Positions 1-10,465 of a stretch of DNA of 64,000 nucleotides are shown here, piece by piece. Both the position numbers and the translations under genes were made by a program. Under the pieces are notes generated by a model. That model worked only from the letters and a program-made list of their open reading frames with translations. It had not been told where the DNA came from and ran no database searches. Source of the DNA: Crocinitomix catalasitica ATCC 23190 (GTDB lineage: Bacteria > Bacteroidota > Bacteroidia > Flavobacteriales_D > Crocinitomicaceae); NCBI RefSeq assembly GCF_000621625.1, contig NZ_JHXV01000009.1:8999-72998 (forward strand). Direction: 5' to 3'. The first letter of the stretch is position 1; every line of letters begins with the position of its first letter.

Positions 1-1044
1 GATCAACTTGGACCTGGTTTAAGACGTTTGAGTACTACCCATTTAATGGGAGAAGGTTATTGGGTGTGGCTAATTCCTTTGGTTACAGGAAATACAAGCG
101 TTGGTATAGTAGCAGACCCAAGGTATCACGAATTTAAATCAATCAATCGTTTAGATAATGCCATTCAATGGTTAGAAAAATTCGAACCTCAATGCGCTAA
201 ACACATCACTGCTAAACGCGATGATATCCTTGATTTTAAGATACTAAAAAGCTTCGCGTATAACTCAACAAAATTATTCAGTGAAGACAGATGGTGTTTA
301 AGCGGCGAATCAGGTGTGTTCTTAGACCCATTTTATTCTCCAGGAACTGATTTTATTAGCTTATCAAATACATGGATTACGGATTTAATTAGCAAGGATC
401 TGAACGGTGAAGACATTTATGTCCAAAATATAGTCTATGAAAAAGTATTCCAAGCCATGATTGAGAATTGGGCAGAGGTATACAGAAACAAATATCCACT
501 ATTTGGTTCGACTGAAATTATGGCTACCAAAATCATTTGGGATTGGGCTAACTATTGGTCCATTCAAACACTTATGTTCATGAATAATGGCTATACAAAC
601 ATGAATGTCTTGAAGAAGCTATTTTTCGGAGAAAACGGCCTTGGACTGAAGTTAGCCGCATTAAATTCTAATATCCAATCACTATTTGTAAATTGGCAAC
701 CTGAATATAACGAGGAAATAAAAGCAACATATTTAGATCCTTTTGAAATTGACTTTTTAAAAGATTTACATTTAGGCCTGTCTCAAAAGTATAATGAAGA
801 TGAATTGATTGAAAAAATTAAGTCAAATATCAGTTTGCTTGAGCAGATTGGAGCTGAAATTATAAGACATGCAGTACAGAAAACAAAGCATATAAATATG
901 TCTGACACAATAAATCCTTATCACGATAATATTGTGACTAGCGATATAAAGGAGGAAGACAAAATAGATGTTAATATAGCGATTCAACCTTCAATTCAAG
1001 AGGATTGGCAGAAGGTTTGGATGCCGCAAATGGTTAACAGTTAA
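1..1044 (+). CDS. Flavin-dependent (tryptophan-type) halogenase, C-terminal part. The frame is open from base 1, so the gene is 5'-truncated by the window edge.
   Basis: Frame 1 has no stop from position 1. It contains the halogenase signature WxWxIP (GEGYWVWLIPL). The N-terminal GxGxxG motif would lie outside the window. It sits directly upstream of FabH-like, ACP, KS and CLF genes. Confidence 0.6.
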   Translation, partial: DQLGPGLRRLSTTHLMGEGYWVWLIPLVTGNTSVGIVADPRYHEFKSINRLDNAIQWLEKFEPQCAKHITAKRDDILDFKILKSFAYNSTKLFSEDRWCLSGESGVFLDPFYSPGTDFISLSNTWITDLISKDLNGEDIYVQNIVYEKVFQAMIENWAEVYRNKYPLFGSTEIMATKIIWDWANYWSIQTLMFMNNGYTNMNVLKKLFFGENGLGLKLAALNSNIQSLFVNWQPEYNEEIKATYLDPFEIDFLKDLHLGLSQKYNEDELIEKIKSNISLLEQIGAEIIRHAVQKTKHINMSDTINPYHDNIVTSDIKEEDKIDVNIAIQPSIQEDWQKVWMPQMVNS

Positions 1045-1103
1045 AGTAAACAAAAAGAATTTGAATAGTTTTTTACTAATTTTAAGACAATTTTAAGATA
1101 GAT

Positions 1104-2246
1104 ATGAAAGAAGTATATCTTACAAGAACAGCCAATTTTTTACCAAACTCATTGGTTGAGAATGAAGATGTGGAAGAATTTTTAGGCCTAATTAACGGAC
1201 AAAAATCAAAATCAAAATTATTGGTATTGCGCAGTAACAAGATTAAAGGACGTTATTACGCTATTGATAAGCAAGGAAATACGACACATACAAACGCCCA
1301 AATGGTTTCAGAAGCTGTGCGTGCGTTATTTAAGCAGAGTCCAGAGGAAATAAAATCAGTTGACCTACTTTGTTGTGGAACATCTTCTCCAGATCAATTG
1401 ATGCCTTCGCATGCCGTGATGGTGCATGGATACTTACCTGAAATGAACTCTATAGAAGTTGTTTCTCCTTCAGGTGTATGTTGTTCAGGAATGCACGCGT
1501 TAAAATATGCGTTTAATTCGATAAAATGTGGTGATAAAACAACAGCCGTTACAACAGGTTCTGAAAGATTAGCAAAACAATTGAGATCGGAACAGTTTGA
1601 GGAAGAATTAACGAAGTTACAAGAGCTTGAAGAGAGACCTTATTTAGCGTTTGAAAAAGATTTTTTACGTTGGATGCTTTCTGATGGTGCTGGTGCGTTT
1701 TTATTGTCAGACAAACCGAACGAGAATGATATTTCACTTAAAATTGAGTGGATAGATGGTCGTTCTTATGCCAATGTAAAGGAAGCCTGCATGTATATGG
1801 CAGCTACAAAAAATGAAGATGGGACTTTAACTTCATTTGTTGATTTATCTAAAGCTGAAATTATTGACCAATCGGTAATGAGCATCAAACAGGATGTGAA
1901 ATTATTGAGCGAGAATATTATTGAACTTGGATTTCAACATTTAGCTGATTTAATGAAAGTAAAAGATGTCGATGTTAAAAACGTCGACCATTTCTTACCT
2001 CATTTATCTTCATATTTCTTTGAAGACAAAATAGCAGATATTTTAGAGAAGCATAATGTGTCAATTCCCAAAGAAAAATGGTTCACTAATTTAGCGACCA
2101 AAGGTAATGTTGGAGCAGGATCAATTTATTTAATGGTAGATGAATTGTTCAATAGTGGTAAACTCAAAAAAGGTGAAAAAATCTTGTTGATGGTACCCGA
2201 AAGCTCAAGATTTTCATATGTATATTGTTATTTAACAGTTTGTTAA
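1104..2246 (+). CDS. 3-oxoacyl-ACP synthase III-like (FabH/DarB-like) condensing enzyme
   Basis: 380 aa. Thiolase-fold KAS III pattern (GTSSPDQLMPSHAVMVHGYL). Active-site Cys context VSPSGVCCSGMHALKYA. Located inside an ACP/KS/CLF cluster. Confidence 0.7.
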   Translation: MKEVYLTRTANFLPNSLVENEDVEEFLGLINGQKSKSKLLVLRSNKIKGRYYAIDKQGNTTHTNAQMVSEAVRALFKQSPEEIKSVDLLCCGTSSPDQLMPSHAVMVHGYLPEMNSIEVVSPSGVCCSGMHALKYAFNSIKCGDKTTAVTTGSERLAKQLRSEQFEEELTKLQELEERPYLAFEKDFLRWMLSDGAGAFLLSDKPNENDISLKIEWIDGRSYANVKEACMYMAATKNEDGTLTSFVDLSKAEIIDQSVMSIKQDVKLLSENIIELGFQHLADLMKVKDVDVKNVDHFLPHLSSYFFEDKIADILEKHNVSIPKEKWFTNLATKGNVGAGSIYLMVDELFNSGKLKKGEKILLMVPESSRFSYVYCYLTVC

Positions 2247-2247
2247 A

Positions 2248-2649
2248 ATGAAAAAAAGCGATCTTCCTCAAGATAAAAGTGCCTTAGAAAACTTCACCAA
2301 AGAACTCTGCTATGTGCAGAATGAAGATGGGACTTATTCAACTGAATTAAGTCAAGGTTGGGATGTAAAAAAAGCTGCACTTGACAATGCTTGGGAGGAT
2401 ATTAATGATCAACTTGAATTGGCAAAAGAAGAAGTGAAAAATGGAACAAAAAGTCCAATTTATTACTTCATGTTGAAAAGTTTAATGGATTTGCAAATTT
2501 TATCGGCCTATTCAGGGTTTATGAAATTCAAAATCAAACGACATTTTAAACCAAAAAACTTTGCCAAATTAAATGATCAAACTTTAAATAAATACGCCAC
2601 TATTTTTGAAATAAGTGTCGAGGAGCTAAAAGAATATAAAGGAGAGTAA
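2248..2649 (+). CDS. Hypothetical protein (133 aa) within the pigment cluster
   Basis: Start is tightly coupled to the upstream stop. No recognisable motif. Confidence 0.4.
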   Translation: MKKSDLPQDKSALENFTKELCYVQNEDGTYSTELSQGWDVKKAALDNAWEDINDQLELAKEEVKNGTKSPIYYFMLKSLMDLQILSAYSGFMKFKIKRHFKPKNFAKLNDQTLNKYATIFEISVEELKEYKGE

Positions 2650-2655
2650 AAATTC

Positions 2656-3660
2656 ATGGAATTTAAACATGTACAAACGGCACACTGTGAAAACGGAGTA
2701 ATTGTAGGATTACTAAAACACCAAGGTGTCAATAAAATTACTGAGCCTTTAGCTTTTGGGTTAGGATCAGGATTATTTTATATTCATATCCCTTTTTTAA
2801 AAATACAAGGAGGACCAGCAATCGCTTTTAGAAGTATGCCTGGTTCAATTTTTAAACGGACGTGTAAAACCTTAAATATTGAAATGAACCGTAAAAAGTT
2901 CAATGATCCTAAAAAAGGGGAACAATATTTAAATAAAAAACTCGCAGAAAATATTCCTGTTGGATGTCAGGCGGGTGTTTTTCACTTAGATTATTTTGCG
3001 GACGAATACCGATTCCACTTTAATGCACACAATCTTATAGTTTACGGTAGAAATGAAACGGGATACCTCGTTAGTGATCCTGTAATGGAAGATGTAACAA
3101 CACTTTCATATGATAAAATGGAGAGAGCGCGTTTTGCGAAAGGTGCATTAGCACCAAAAGGTCACCTCTACTACCCTAGTAAAGTGAATGAAATCACAGA
3201 TGCCATGATTCGAAATGGAATTGTGAAAGGTATTAAACATAATGTGCGTGACATGTTAGACATCCCTGGAAAACTTGCAGGTGTAAAAGGTATTGGCTAT
3301 ACAGCTGGTAAAGTCAGAAAACTAAGAGAAAAAGGTCAAAAAGAAGCAGGACTATATCTTGGTCAAATTATTAGAATGCAAGAAGAGATTGGTACTGGTG
3401 GTGGCGGATTTAGATTTCTATACGCTGCCTTCTTAGAGGAAGCTGTCGCATATATGCACGACGACCGACTATTAGCATTCTCAGAAAAAATAACAAAAGC
3501 GGGAGATCTTTGGCGTGACTCGGCAGTACAAATGGCCGGTGTTTATAAAGGCCGATTAACTGCGCAAAGTGATTATGATGCGATTGCAGATTTAATGTTA
3601 GAAATAAAAGCTAAAGAATTTGAAGTTTTTAGTGGTTTACGGAAACTTAAATTAAAATAA
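2656..3660 (+). CDS. BtrH_N/DUF4872-like protein (putative acyl- or peptidyl-transfer accessory enzyme)
   Basis: 334 aa. N-terminal conserved His-Cys (QTAHCENGV) and overall layout recall butirosin BtrH N-terminal-domain proteins often found in aryl-polyene/flexirubin loci. Identity is tentative. Confidence 0.4.
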   Translation: MEFKHVQTAHCENGVIVGLLKHQGVNKITEPLAFGLGSGLFYIHIPFLKIQGGPAIAFRSMPGSIFKRTCKTLNIEMNRKKFNDPKKGEQYLNKKLAENIPVGCQAGVFHLDYFADEYRFHFNAHNLIVYGRNETGYLVSDPVMEDVTTLSYDKMERARFAKGALAPKGHLYYPSKVNEITDAMIRNGIVKGIKHNVRDMLDIPGKLAGVKGIGYTAGKVRKLREKGQKEAGLYLGQIIRMQEEIGTGGGGFRFLYAAFLEEAVAYMHDDRLLAFSEKITKAGDLWRDSAVQMAGVYKGRLTAQSDYDAIADLMLEIKAKEFEVFSGLRKLKLK

Positions 3661-4403
3661 TGTCGAAACTTAGTACCGTAACTGTAAATAGTATTTCGAA
3701 ACAATATAAAAAAGCTAAACATCTTAGCTTAAATAATGTATCGTTTAATATTCAAGTTGGTGATAAACTCGGGATTTTAGGTCCTAATGGTGCCGGGAAG
3801 TCGACGCTTATCTCAATACTGACTGGAATTCTTGACCCTACAATAGGTGCAGTTACTTATCAAAATGAAAAGGGGGAGCAAATCGATGGAAATGATTTGA
3901 AACTTAAAATTGGTTATGTACCCCAAGAATATGCTATTTATGAAGATTTAAATCTCCATCAAAATGTAGCATATTTTGGAGCATTATACGGATTATCAAA
4001 AGAGGAAATTATAAAAGTAGAAGAAGAACTTCTACAGGAGTTTGGACTAGAAGAAGCGCACTTAAAAAAAGTAAAGCATTATTCGGGAGGAATGAAACGC
4101 CGACTGAATCTTATATTAAGTTTATTACACAAACCGGAAATACTATTTCTAGATGAACCAACGGCAGGTGTAGATGTTCAGAATAAACATGCGATCATCC
4201 AATTTTTAAATCAGCTTTCAGCTAAAGGAACGACGTTAATATATACTTCACACCATATGGATGAGGCTGAACAAATTTGCAATAGAATTATTCTATTAAA
4301 TAAAGGAGAAATTGTAAAAGACACCAATATTGAATATTTAATGGGTGAAAATCCAGCAGAAAGTTTGACAGAAATATTTTTAAAATATACCGAAGTACAT
4401 TAA
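3660..4403 (+). CDS. ABC transporter ATP-binding protein
   Basis: Walker A GPNGAGKST, ABC signature YSGGMKRRL, Walker B LFLDEPTAGVD. ATG overlaps the upstream stop. Confidence 0.85.
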   Translation: MSKLSTVTVNSISKQYKKAKHLSLNNVSFNIQVGDKLGILGPNGAGKSTLISILTGILDPTIGAVTYQNEKGEQIDGNDLKLKIGYVPQEYAIYEDLNLHQNVAYFGALYGLSKEEIIKVEEELLQEFGLEEAHLKKVKHYSGGMKRRLNLILSLLHKPEILFLDEPTAGVDVQNKHAIIQFLNQLSAKGTTLIYTSHHMDEAEQICNRIILLNKGEIVKDTNIEYLMGENPAESLTEIFLKYTEVH

Positions 4404-4408
4404 TTAAA

Positions 4409-5680
4409 GTGAAAAAATTAATCGCCGCAATAAAAAAAGAAGTCTTGCAACTACTCAGTGATGGGTTGGGATTGACATTGATGTTTTTACTACCATTGAT
4501 GTTAGTTTTTATTATCACTATAATTCAAGATAGTGCATATAAAATTGTCAATGACAATAATATTGACTTATTAGTTGCCAATGGAGATGAAGGTGACCAA
4601 TCTGTTTTATTAATTGATGCCTTGGCCGACTCAAAACTATTCAACATCATTCATTCCTCAGCCGATGAGACGCACTTAAAAAAAGAGTTATTGGCAAGTG
4701 ACGGATTGATTGCAATATATTTCCCAAGTACTTTTAGTGCCGATTTAGAAGCTAAAAGCGAGGCTATGAGTGAGTTTATTGTATCTAATTTTGGCGTAAC
4801 GGAAAATAAGAATAAACTGGTAAATAATAGTAGCATTCATCTAAAACTATATTACGACCCTGTTCTACAAGAAAACTATCGGATGTCTATCTCAAATATG
4901 TTGAACTCTTATATTAGCATGATTGAGAACGACATGATGATCAATTCTATTTTTACTAAAATGGAAATGGAAGCACCGAAGGACTTAAAAAAATATATGG
5001 TAGAAAACCAAACCGTTATAGATCAAGTCCCTGCATTATTCTCCGACAATAAAATTCATCCAAATTCTACACAACACAATGTCCCGGCATGGACCTTATT
5101 CGCTATGTTCTTTATGGTGATTTCATTAGGAGGGAATATTGTCAAAGAACGATCGAACGGAAGTTTTTTACGATTAAAAATGTTACCGACCAGTTTTGCA
5201 ACAATTCTCGGTTCCAAAATCATTGTCTATTTATTCGTTGCGATTTTACAAGTGACACTTATTTTTTCAATAGGTAAATTAACTTTCCCAATGATTGGCT
5301 TGCCAGAATTAACTTGGCCATCTAACTTTCTAGCCCTAATTGTTATTGTATTATTAAGTGGATTGTCCGCAGTCAGTTTTGCATTGCTAATCGGAACAAT
5401 AACAAAAAGTCAAGTTCAAGCAAATGGTCTAGGTGCTGTTTTAGTTATTATTTTCGCAGCCATTGGCGGTATTTGGATTCCTACTTTTGTAATGCCAGAA
5501 TTCATGCAAAACATTGCAATGATGTCTCCGTTATATTGGTGTTTAGAAGGATTTTATATCTTATTTTTGCAAGACGGTGATTGGGCTACATTATTGCCTG
5601 TTGTCACATATTTAATTTTATTTATAGTATCTTGTCTTATTATAATTTTGATAAAACTTAAGCAAGAAAGATTAATTTAG
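4409..5680 (+). CDS. ABC-2 family transporter permease
   Basis: 423 aa. N-terminal TM helix, large extracytoplasmic loop, then five or six C-terminal TM helices. Immediately follows the ATPase. Confidence 0.65.
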   Translation: MKKLIAAIKKEVLQLLSDGLGLTLMFLLPLMLVFIITIIQDSAYKIVNDNNIDLLVANGDEGDQSVLLIDALADSKLFNIIHSSADETHLKKELLASDGLIAIYFPSTFSADLEAKSEAMSEFIVSNFGVTENKNKLVNNSSIHLKLYYDPVLQENYRMSISNMLNSYISMIENDMMINSIFTKMEMEAPKDLKKYMVENQTVIDQVPALFSDNKIHPNSTQHNVPAWTLFAMFFMVISLGGNIVKERSNGSFLRLKMLPTSFATILGSKIIVYLFVAILQVTLIFSIGKLTFPMIGLPELTWPSNFLALIVIVLLSGLSAVSFALLIGTITKSQVQANGLGAVLVIIFAAIGGIWIPTFVMPEFMQNIAMMSPLYWCLEGFYILFLQDGDWATLLPVVTYLILFIVSCLIIILIKLKQERLI

Positions 5681-5684
5681 CGGT

Positions 5685-5951
5685 ATGGAATATAACGAAC
5701 TCACAGAAAAACTTAAAGGCGAAATTATTAGCTATTGTAATTTGGTTGGTGTTGAGCCTAGTAGCATTAAAAATGACACACCATTATTTGGTGATGGTCT
5801 TGCTCTTGATTCAATCGATTCAATTGAACTAGTAGTATTAATTGAAAGAGAATACGGTATAAAAATAAACAGTGCAACTGACGGAAGAAAAATTCTAGTT
5901 GATGTGGATCACATGGCACGATTTATTATAGATCATAAAGCAAACGCATAA
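5685..5951 (+). CDS. Acyl carrier protein
   Basis: 88 aa. Phosphopantetheine attachment motif LDSIDSIELV. Confidence 0.75.
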   Translation: MEYNELTEKLKGEIISYCNLVGVEPSSIKNDTPLFGDGLALDSIDSIELVVLIEREYGIKINSATDGRKILVDVDHMARFIIDHKANA

Positions 5952-7148
5952 ATGAATCGAGTATTTGTAACTGGATTAGGTATAATTTCAGCTATCGGTA
6001 ATAATCTTTTAGAAAATCATGATTCACTTGTCAATAGTGAATCTGGTCTTTGCAGATCAAAATATCTAAATTCTAATTACAAAAATTCATTCTATTTTGG
6101 AGAAGTTAAACTGTCTAACGAATCGCTTTTTAAATTAACAAATAAGCAAGATTCACCTGGTTTAACGCGAACAGATTTATTGGCATTCAAAGCCGTTGAA
6201 GAAGCGATTGAAGATGCCAAGTTAACCCCCGAAGACATTTCGAATTATAAAACGGCATTCGTTTCTGCGAGTACTGTTGGTGGAATGACACAAACAGACG
6301 AATTGTATCAAGACTCTAAAGGAAGTGACACAATTGCCAGTCAATTTATTGAATCATATTCAGGTCATGCGCATCTTTTACACCTATCTAAAGCTTTAAA
6401 AATTAAAGGACTTACAGATTGTATCAATACAGCATGTTCATCCTCTGCTAATGCGATAATGATTGGGGCTAAATGGATTAAAAGCGGACGTGCTGATCGT
6501 GTAATTGTTGGTGGCACTGACGGATTGGCAAAATTTACAGTAAACGGATTCAATTCATTACAAATCCTTTCTGATGAAAAATGTCAACCATTTGATGCCA
6601 ATAGAAAAGGTCTAAACCTCGGTGAAGGTGCAGCTTATCTTGTTCTTGAAAGAGAGGATTTAGCTAAAGACAAAAAGAAATACGCAGAAATTAGTGGATA
6701 TGGTAATAGCAATGATGCTTTTCACCCATCTTCACTGTCAGCCGACGCAATAGGCGTAATAAAAGCAATGCAAGAAGCTTTAACTTCTGCAAATATTGAA
6801 GCTAATAATATTAGCTATATCAATGCCCACGGAACAGCAACCCCGAATAATGATAGCACAGAAATTTTAGGTATTACTAAAATTTTTGGTGATACAATTC
6901 CGTACAGCTCTACAAAACCCTATACAGGTCATACTTTAGGAGCGGCAGGTGCCATTGAAGCAATATTTAGTATCTTAAGTATTCAGCATAAAGAAATTTA
7001 TGGGAATCTGTTTTTCAACCATAAAATTGAAGGATTTCATCCCCCTATATTGAAATATCAACCGAATACCAAAGTTGACCATGTCCTAACCAATTCTTTT
7101 GGATTTGCAGGAAATTGTACATCATTATTAATTTCTAAAATAGATTAA
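5952..7148 (+). CDS. Beta-ketoacyl-ACP synthase (KAS I/II type)
   Basis: 398 aa. Catalytic Cys (TACSSSANAI) and the two catalytic His (NAHGTATPNND; TGHTLGAAGAIE). Confidence 0.85.
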   Translation: MNRVFVTGLGIISAIGNNLLENHDSLVNSESGLCRSKYLNSNYKNSFYFGEVKLSNESLFKLTNKQDSPGLTRTDLLAFKAVEEAIEDAKLTPEDISNYKTAFVSASTVGGMTQTDELYQDSKGSDTIASQFIESYSGHAHLLHLSKALKIKGLTDCINTACSSSANAIMIGAKWIKSGRADRVIVGGTDGLAKFTVNGFNSLQILSDEKCQPFDANRKGLNLGEGAAYLVLEREDLAKDKKKYAEISGYGNSNDAFHPSSLSADAIGVIKAMQEALTSANIEANNISYINAHGTATPNNDSTEILGITKIFGDTIPYSSTKPYTGHTLGAAGAIEAIFSILSIQHKEIYGNLFFNHKIEGFHPPILKYQPNTKVDHVLTNSFGFAGNCTSLLISKID

Positions 7149-7149
7149 T

Positions 7150-8187
7150 ATGTATATCAAAGACCTCACTTGCATATCACCACAAAAATCGTTTAATAAT
7201 GAATTATTTACGGTTGGTGTTGAAAAAATAGTCGGTATTCGATACAATGCTATCGATCCTGATTATATGGATATAATTCCGCATAACTTACTCCGAAGAA
7301 TGGGGCGTGTTGTAAAATTAGGAATAGGTACCGGCCTAACATTGGTTAAAAAACATAATAACTTAAACGGAATTATAATTGGCACAAGTAATGGTGGTTT
7401 AGAGGATTGTTTTAAATTTTTAAATCAAATCATTCAATATGATGAGGGTACTCTTACCCCTACTAACTTTGTACAAAGTACACCTAGTGCGGTGGCTGGT
7501 AATTTGGCATTAATGAGTCAAAATACTGGTTATAACGTAACACATATAAATGGTGGTTTATCTTTTGAGAATGTTCTTTTAGACACATTAGAATTGCTTA
7601 AGGAGAATACAAATGCGAGTTATTTAATAGGTGCTTCCGAAGAAATTTCTGATTATAATTTCAATATCAATCTTAAACTAGATTTATACAAATTAGGAGA
7701 GACTGATAATACAACATTACTAAATGACAATACAAAAGGAACAGTAAATGGTGAAGGTGCAGCGATGTTTGTCGTGGATAATAATCCTGAAAATGCTTTT
7801 GCTGAAATTCTCGATACGGATCAAATTACTTTCCCTAATAATTTAGATATCGAATTCAAATTAACAGAATTATTGAAAAGAAACAATCTGAAATATTCTG
7901 ATATCGATGCGATAATGGTAGGTAGAAATGGTGATGTTGATGATGACAAATGGTATGACGAATTCGAAGATAAGTTTCCTGAATCTTACCATTTAGTTTT
8001 TAAAAATCTTTGTGGGGAATACCAAACAGCAAGTGGCTTCTCTACTTGGTTAGCTGCACAAATACTGAAAGGTGAAAAAATTCCAGCTTTAATTCAACGC
8101 AAATCATCTGATAAATCTATTAAACATTTACTCATCTATAACCATTATAGAGGCGAACAGCATGGTTTTATTCTGTTGTGTCGCTAA
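7150..8187 (+). CDS. Ketosynthase-like chain-length-factor partner (KS-beta-like)
   Basis: 345 aa thiolase-fold-like protein with no obvious catalytic Cys-His-His triad. Directly 3' of the KS, as in aryl-polyene/flexirubin clusters. Confidence 0.55.
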   Translation: MYIKDLTCISPQKSFNNELFTVGVEKIVGIRYNAIDPDYMDIIPHNLLRRMGRVVKLGIGTGLTLVKKHNNLNGIIIGTSNGGLEDCFKFLNQIIQYDEGTLTPTNFVQSTPSAVAGNLALMSQNTGYNVTHINGGLSFENVLLDTLELLKENTNASYLIGASEEISDYNFNINLKLDLYKLGETDNTTLLNDNTKGTVNGEGAAMFVVDNNPENAFAEILDTDQITFPNNLDIEFKLTELLKRNNLKYSDIDAIMVGRNGDVDDDKWYDEFEDKFPESYHLVFKNLCGEYQTASGFSTWLAAQILKGEKIPALIQRKSSDKSIKHLLIYNHYRGEQHGFILLCR

Positions 8188-8284
8188 AAAATACTCCTTA
8201 TTTATAAAAATTCGAATTGGATGGCTATAAATACAACTTCACTAGTTAACTTTACTAGCTTTTAAAATAGGATATTAATAATTG

Positions 8285-10420
8285 ATGAACTTCGACCAAC
8301 AAAGTAGTAAAGATTTAGAATTTAATTCAGTTTGTGAGCTGTTAGGAACATATTGTAAATCCCAAAAAGCTCAAGAAAATGCTGGGAAAATTTCCTTTTT
8401 CGAAGATCCTGTTCAATTGCAAGAAGAGTATAAACTCTTGAATGAAATTAAGATCATTCATGATGATCCTATATTAAGTTTCCCCCATCCCAATGCGGAG
8501 GATATTGACAAAGCTTTAAATATATTACGAATTGAAAATGGTGTTTTAATTCTAAGTGAATTGATAAAAATTTATGCCTTATGTATTGGTACAAGGCAAT
8601 TAATTCGATTTGCGCATGCACAAAGAGAAACATCTCCGCTTATATACGACGCTTGTTCACATATCACAAGCATCAACGACATTCTAAAAATAATCACTGA
8701 AATTCTAGATGAAAAAAAACTAGAAATCAAAAATAACGCAACAGCTCGTTTAGCAGATATAAGGTCGAAGCAGATTTCGAATAAAACGGCAATCAATAAA
8801 AACTTTGAACATATATTAAGACGATACAAATCGGATGAATTTTTAGCAGATAGTGAAGAAACATTTCTAGAAAATCGCCGATTACTTTCAGTACTTTCAC
8901 AATATAAAAGACGCGTAAATGGTAAAGTTTACGGATCAAGTGCAAAAGGCAACTACACGTATATAGAGCCTGTTGAAAACATACAACTAAACAATGCGCA
9001 AGAACAGCTCAGAATAGATGAAAGCAATGAAATATTTGCGATTTTAGAAAGCGTAACGTTTAAACTTCGCGCTGAGAAAAAACAATTAAAGGCTTTTCAA
9101 CGGTTATTAGTACGTTTTGATTTGCTCAATGCAAAGGTTCTTTTTGGAGCGAGCTATAATGGAATTTTACCTAAAATTAACAAAGGGGAAAAGAAAATGT
9201 TATGGGAGAATGCAAGACACCCGTTACTTTATATAAAAAATCAAACTGAAGGAATTGAAACCATTGGACAAAATATTGAATTGAGCGAAGACAATCGCCT
9301 ATTAGTTATTTCAGGTCCAAATGCCGGTGGTAAGTCAATTACATTGAAAACAGTTGGGTTAACGCAAATGATGTTTCAATGTGGTCTTTTTGTTGCGCTA
9401 GATGAACATAGTTCGTGTTGTTGGTTTGATCATATTCTATCTGATATTGGAGACAATCAATCGATAGAAAATCAACTTAGTACTTATAGCTATAGATTAA
9501 ATAGAATGAGATTCTTTTTAACAATAGCCAACGAAAATACACTATTATTATTAGATGAATTTGGTAGTGGCTCAGATCCTGAATTAGGTGGAGCTTTAGC
9601 TGAAGTATTCTTTGAAGAAATATATGAACGATTGTCTTTTGCCGTTATAACTACACATTATACCAATATCAAAATTATTACCGCTGAAAAAGCCGCAGCA
9701 ACGAATGCTTGTATGCTTTTCGACACTAAAAAATTAAGTCCACTTTACCAGTTATCGATTGGTCAACCAGGCTCTTCTTTTACCTTTGAAGTTGCAGAGT
9801 TTAACGGAATATCTAACGATTTAATTGATCGTGCGAAAGATAAAGTTTCTGAAATGAAGGTTAATATTGATAAATTATCAGCTTCACTTCAAAAAGAAAA
9901 ATCGAAATTTAAAAGGATCAATGATGAGCAATATAAATCGAATTATAAAGCTAAAAAAGCTTATAATGATTACGAGAAAAAACTATTGCATCTAAATGAA
10001 AAAGCCGAAAGGTTAAACCAATTCACAGAGCAACAAAATAAATTTGTGAATATGGGTAAAAAGGTCTTCGACTTAATCAAAAAATATAAAAAACATAAGA
10101 CAAATAAGGCATTACTAGAAGATTTGAAGAAAATTGCTTCAATTGAAAAGTCTAAACTCTTAGAGAGTGAAAAAGTAAAAGTGGTTGAAAAGGAATTAAA
10201 ATTACCTGACCTTCCAAAACCTTCTCCTGAGTCTATTAAAAATAAAATAGAAGTCACTCAAAAGCCTAAAGTGGACCCGAGTTTACTTAAAGTTGGGGAT
10301 ATTGTGAAATTGAAGAATCACTCTAAACAATCAACAATCACTGAAATAAAGGGGAGAAAACTGACTGTATTAATGGGTAATTTTACGATTAAAACAACTT
10401 TTGATGAGTTAGAATTGTAA
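8285..10420 (+). CDS. MutS2-family ATPase with a C-terminal KOW-like segment but no Smr domain
   Basis: MutS Walker A VISGPNAGGKSITLKTVGL and Walker B LLLLDEFGSGSDP. Lys/Glu-rich coiled region. C-terminus KVGDIVKLKN...KGRKLTVLMGNF is KOW-like. The ORF track starts at TTG 8282, but the ATG at 8285 is more likely the start. Confidence 0.75.
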   Translation: MNFDQQSSKDLEFNSVCELLGTYCKSQKAQENAGKISFFEDPVQLQEEYKLLNEIKIIHDDPILSFPHPNAEDIDKALNILRIENGVLILSELIKIYALCIGTRQLIRFAHAQRETSPLIYDACSHITSINDILKIITEILDEKKLEIKNNATARLADIRSKQISNKTAINKNFEHILRRYKSDEFLADSEETFLENRRLLSVLSQYKRRVNGKVYGSSAKGNYTYIEPVENIQLNNAQEQLRIDESNEIFAILESVTFKLRAEKKQLKAFQRLLVRFDLLNAKVLFGASYNGILPKINKGEKKMLWENARHPLLYIKNQTEGIETIGQNIELSEDNRLLVISGPNAGGKSITLKTVGLTQMMFQCGLFVALDEHSSCCWFDHILSDIGDNQSIENQLSTYSYRLNRMRFFLTIANENTLLLLDEFGSGSDPELGGALAEVFFEEIYERLSFAVITTHYTNIKIITAEKAAATNACMLFDTKKLSPLYQLSIGQPGSSFTFEVAEFNGISNDLIDRAKDKVSEMKVNIDKLSASLQKEKSKFKRINDEQYKSNYKAKKAYNDYEKKLLHLNEKAERLNQFTEQQNKFVNMGKKVFDLIKKYKKHKTNKALLEDLKKIASIEKSKLLESEKVKVVEKELKLPDLPKPSPESIKNKIEVTQKPKVDPSLLKVGDIVKLKNHSKQSTITEIKGRKLTVLMGNFTIKTTFDELEL

Positions 10421-10465
10421 GTGTATTTCAATCGAATTCTGGAATAAAAAATGTCTAAAAAGAAA

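Noticed and set aside
1549-1737. Short minus-strand ORFs embedded in the pigment-cluster genes (also 4288-4518, 4651-4836, 6365-6553)
   Set aside because: All are under 80 aa, lie antisense to well-supported CDSs, and show no conserved features.
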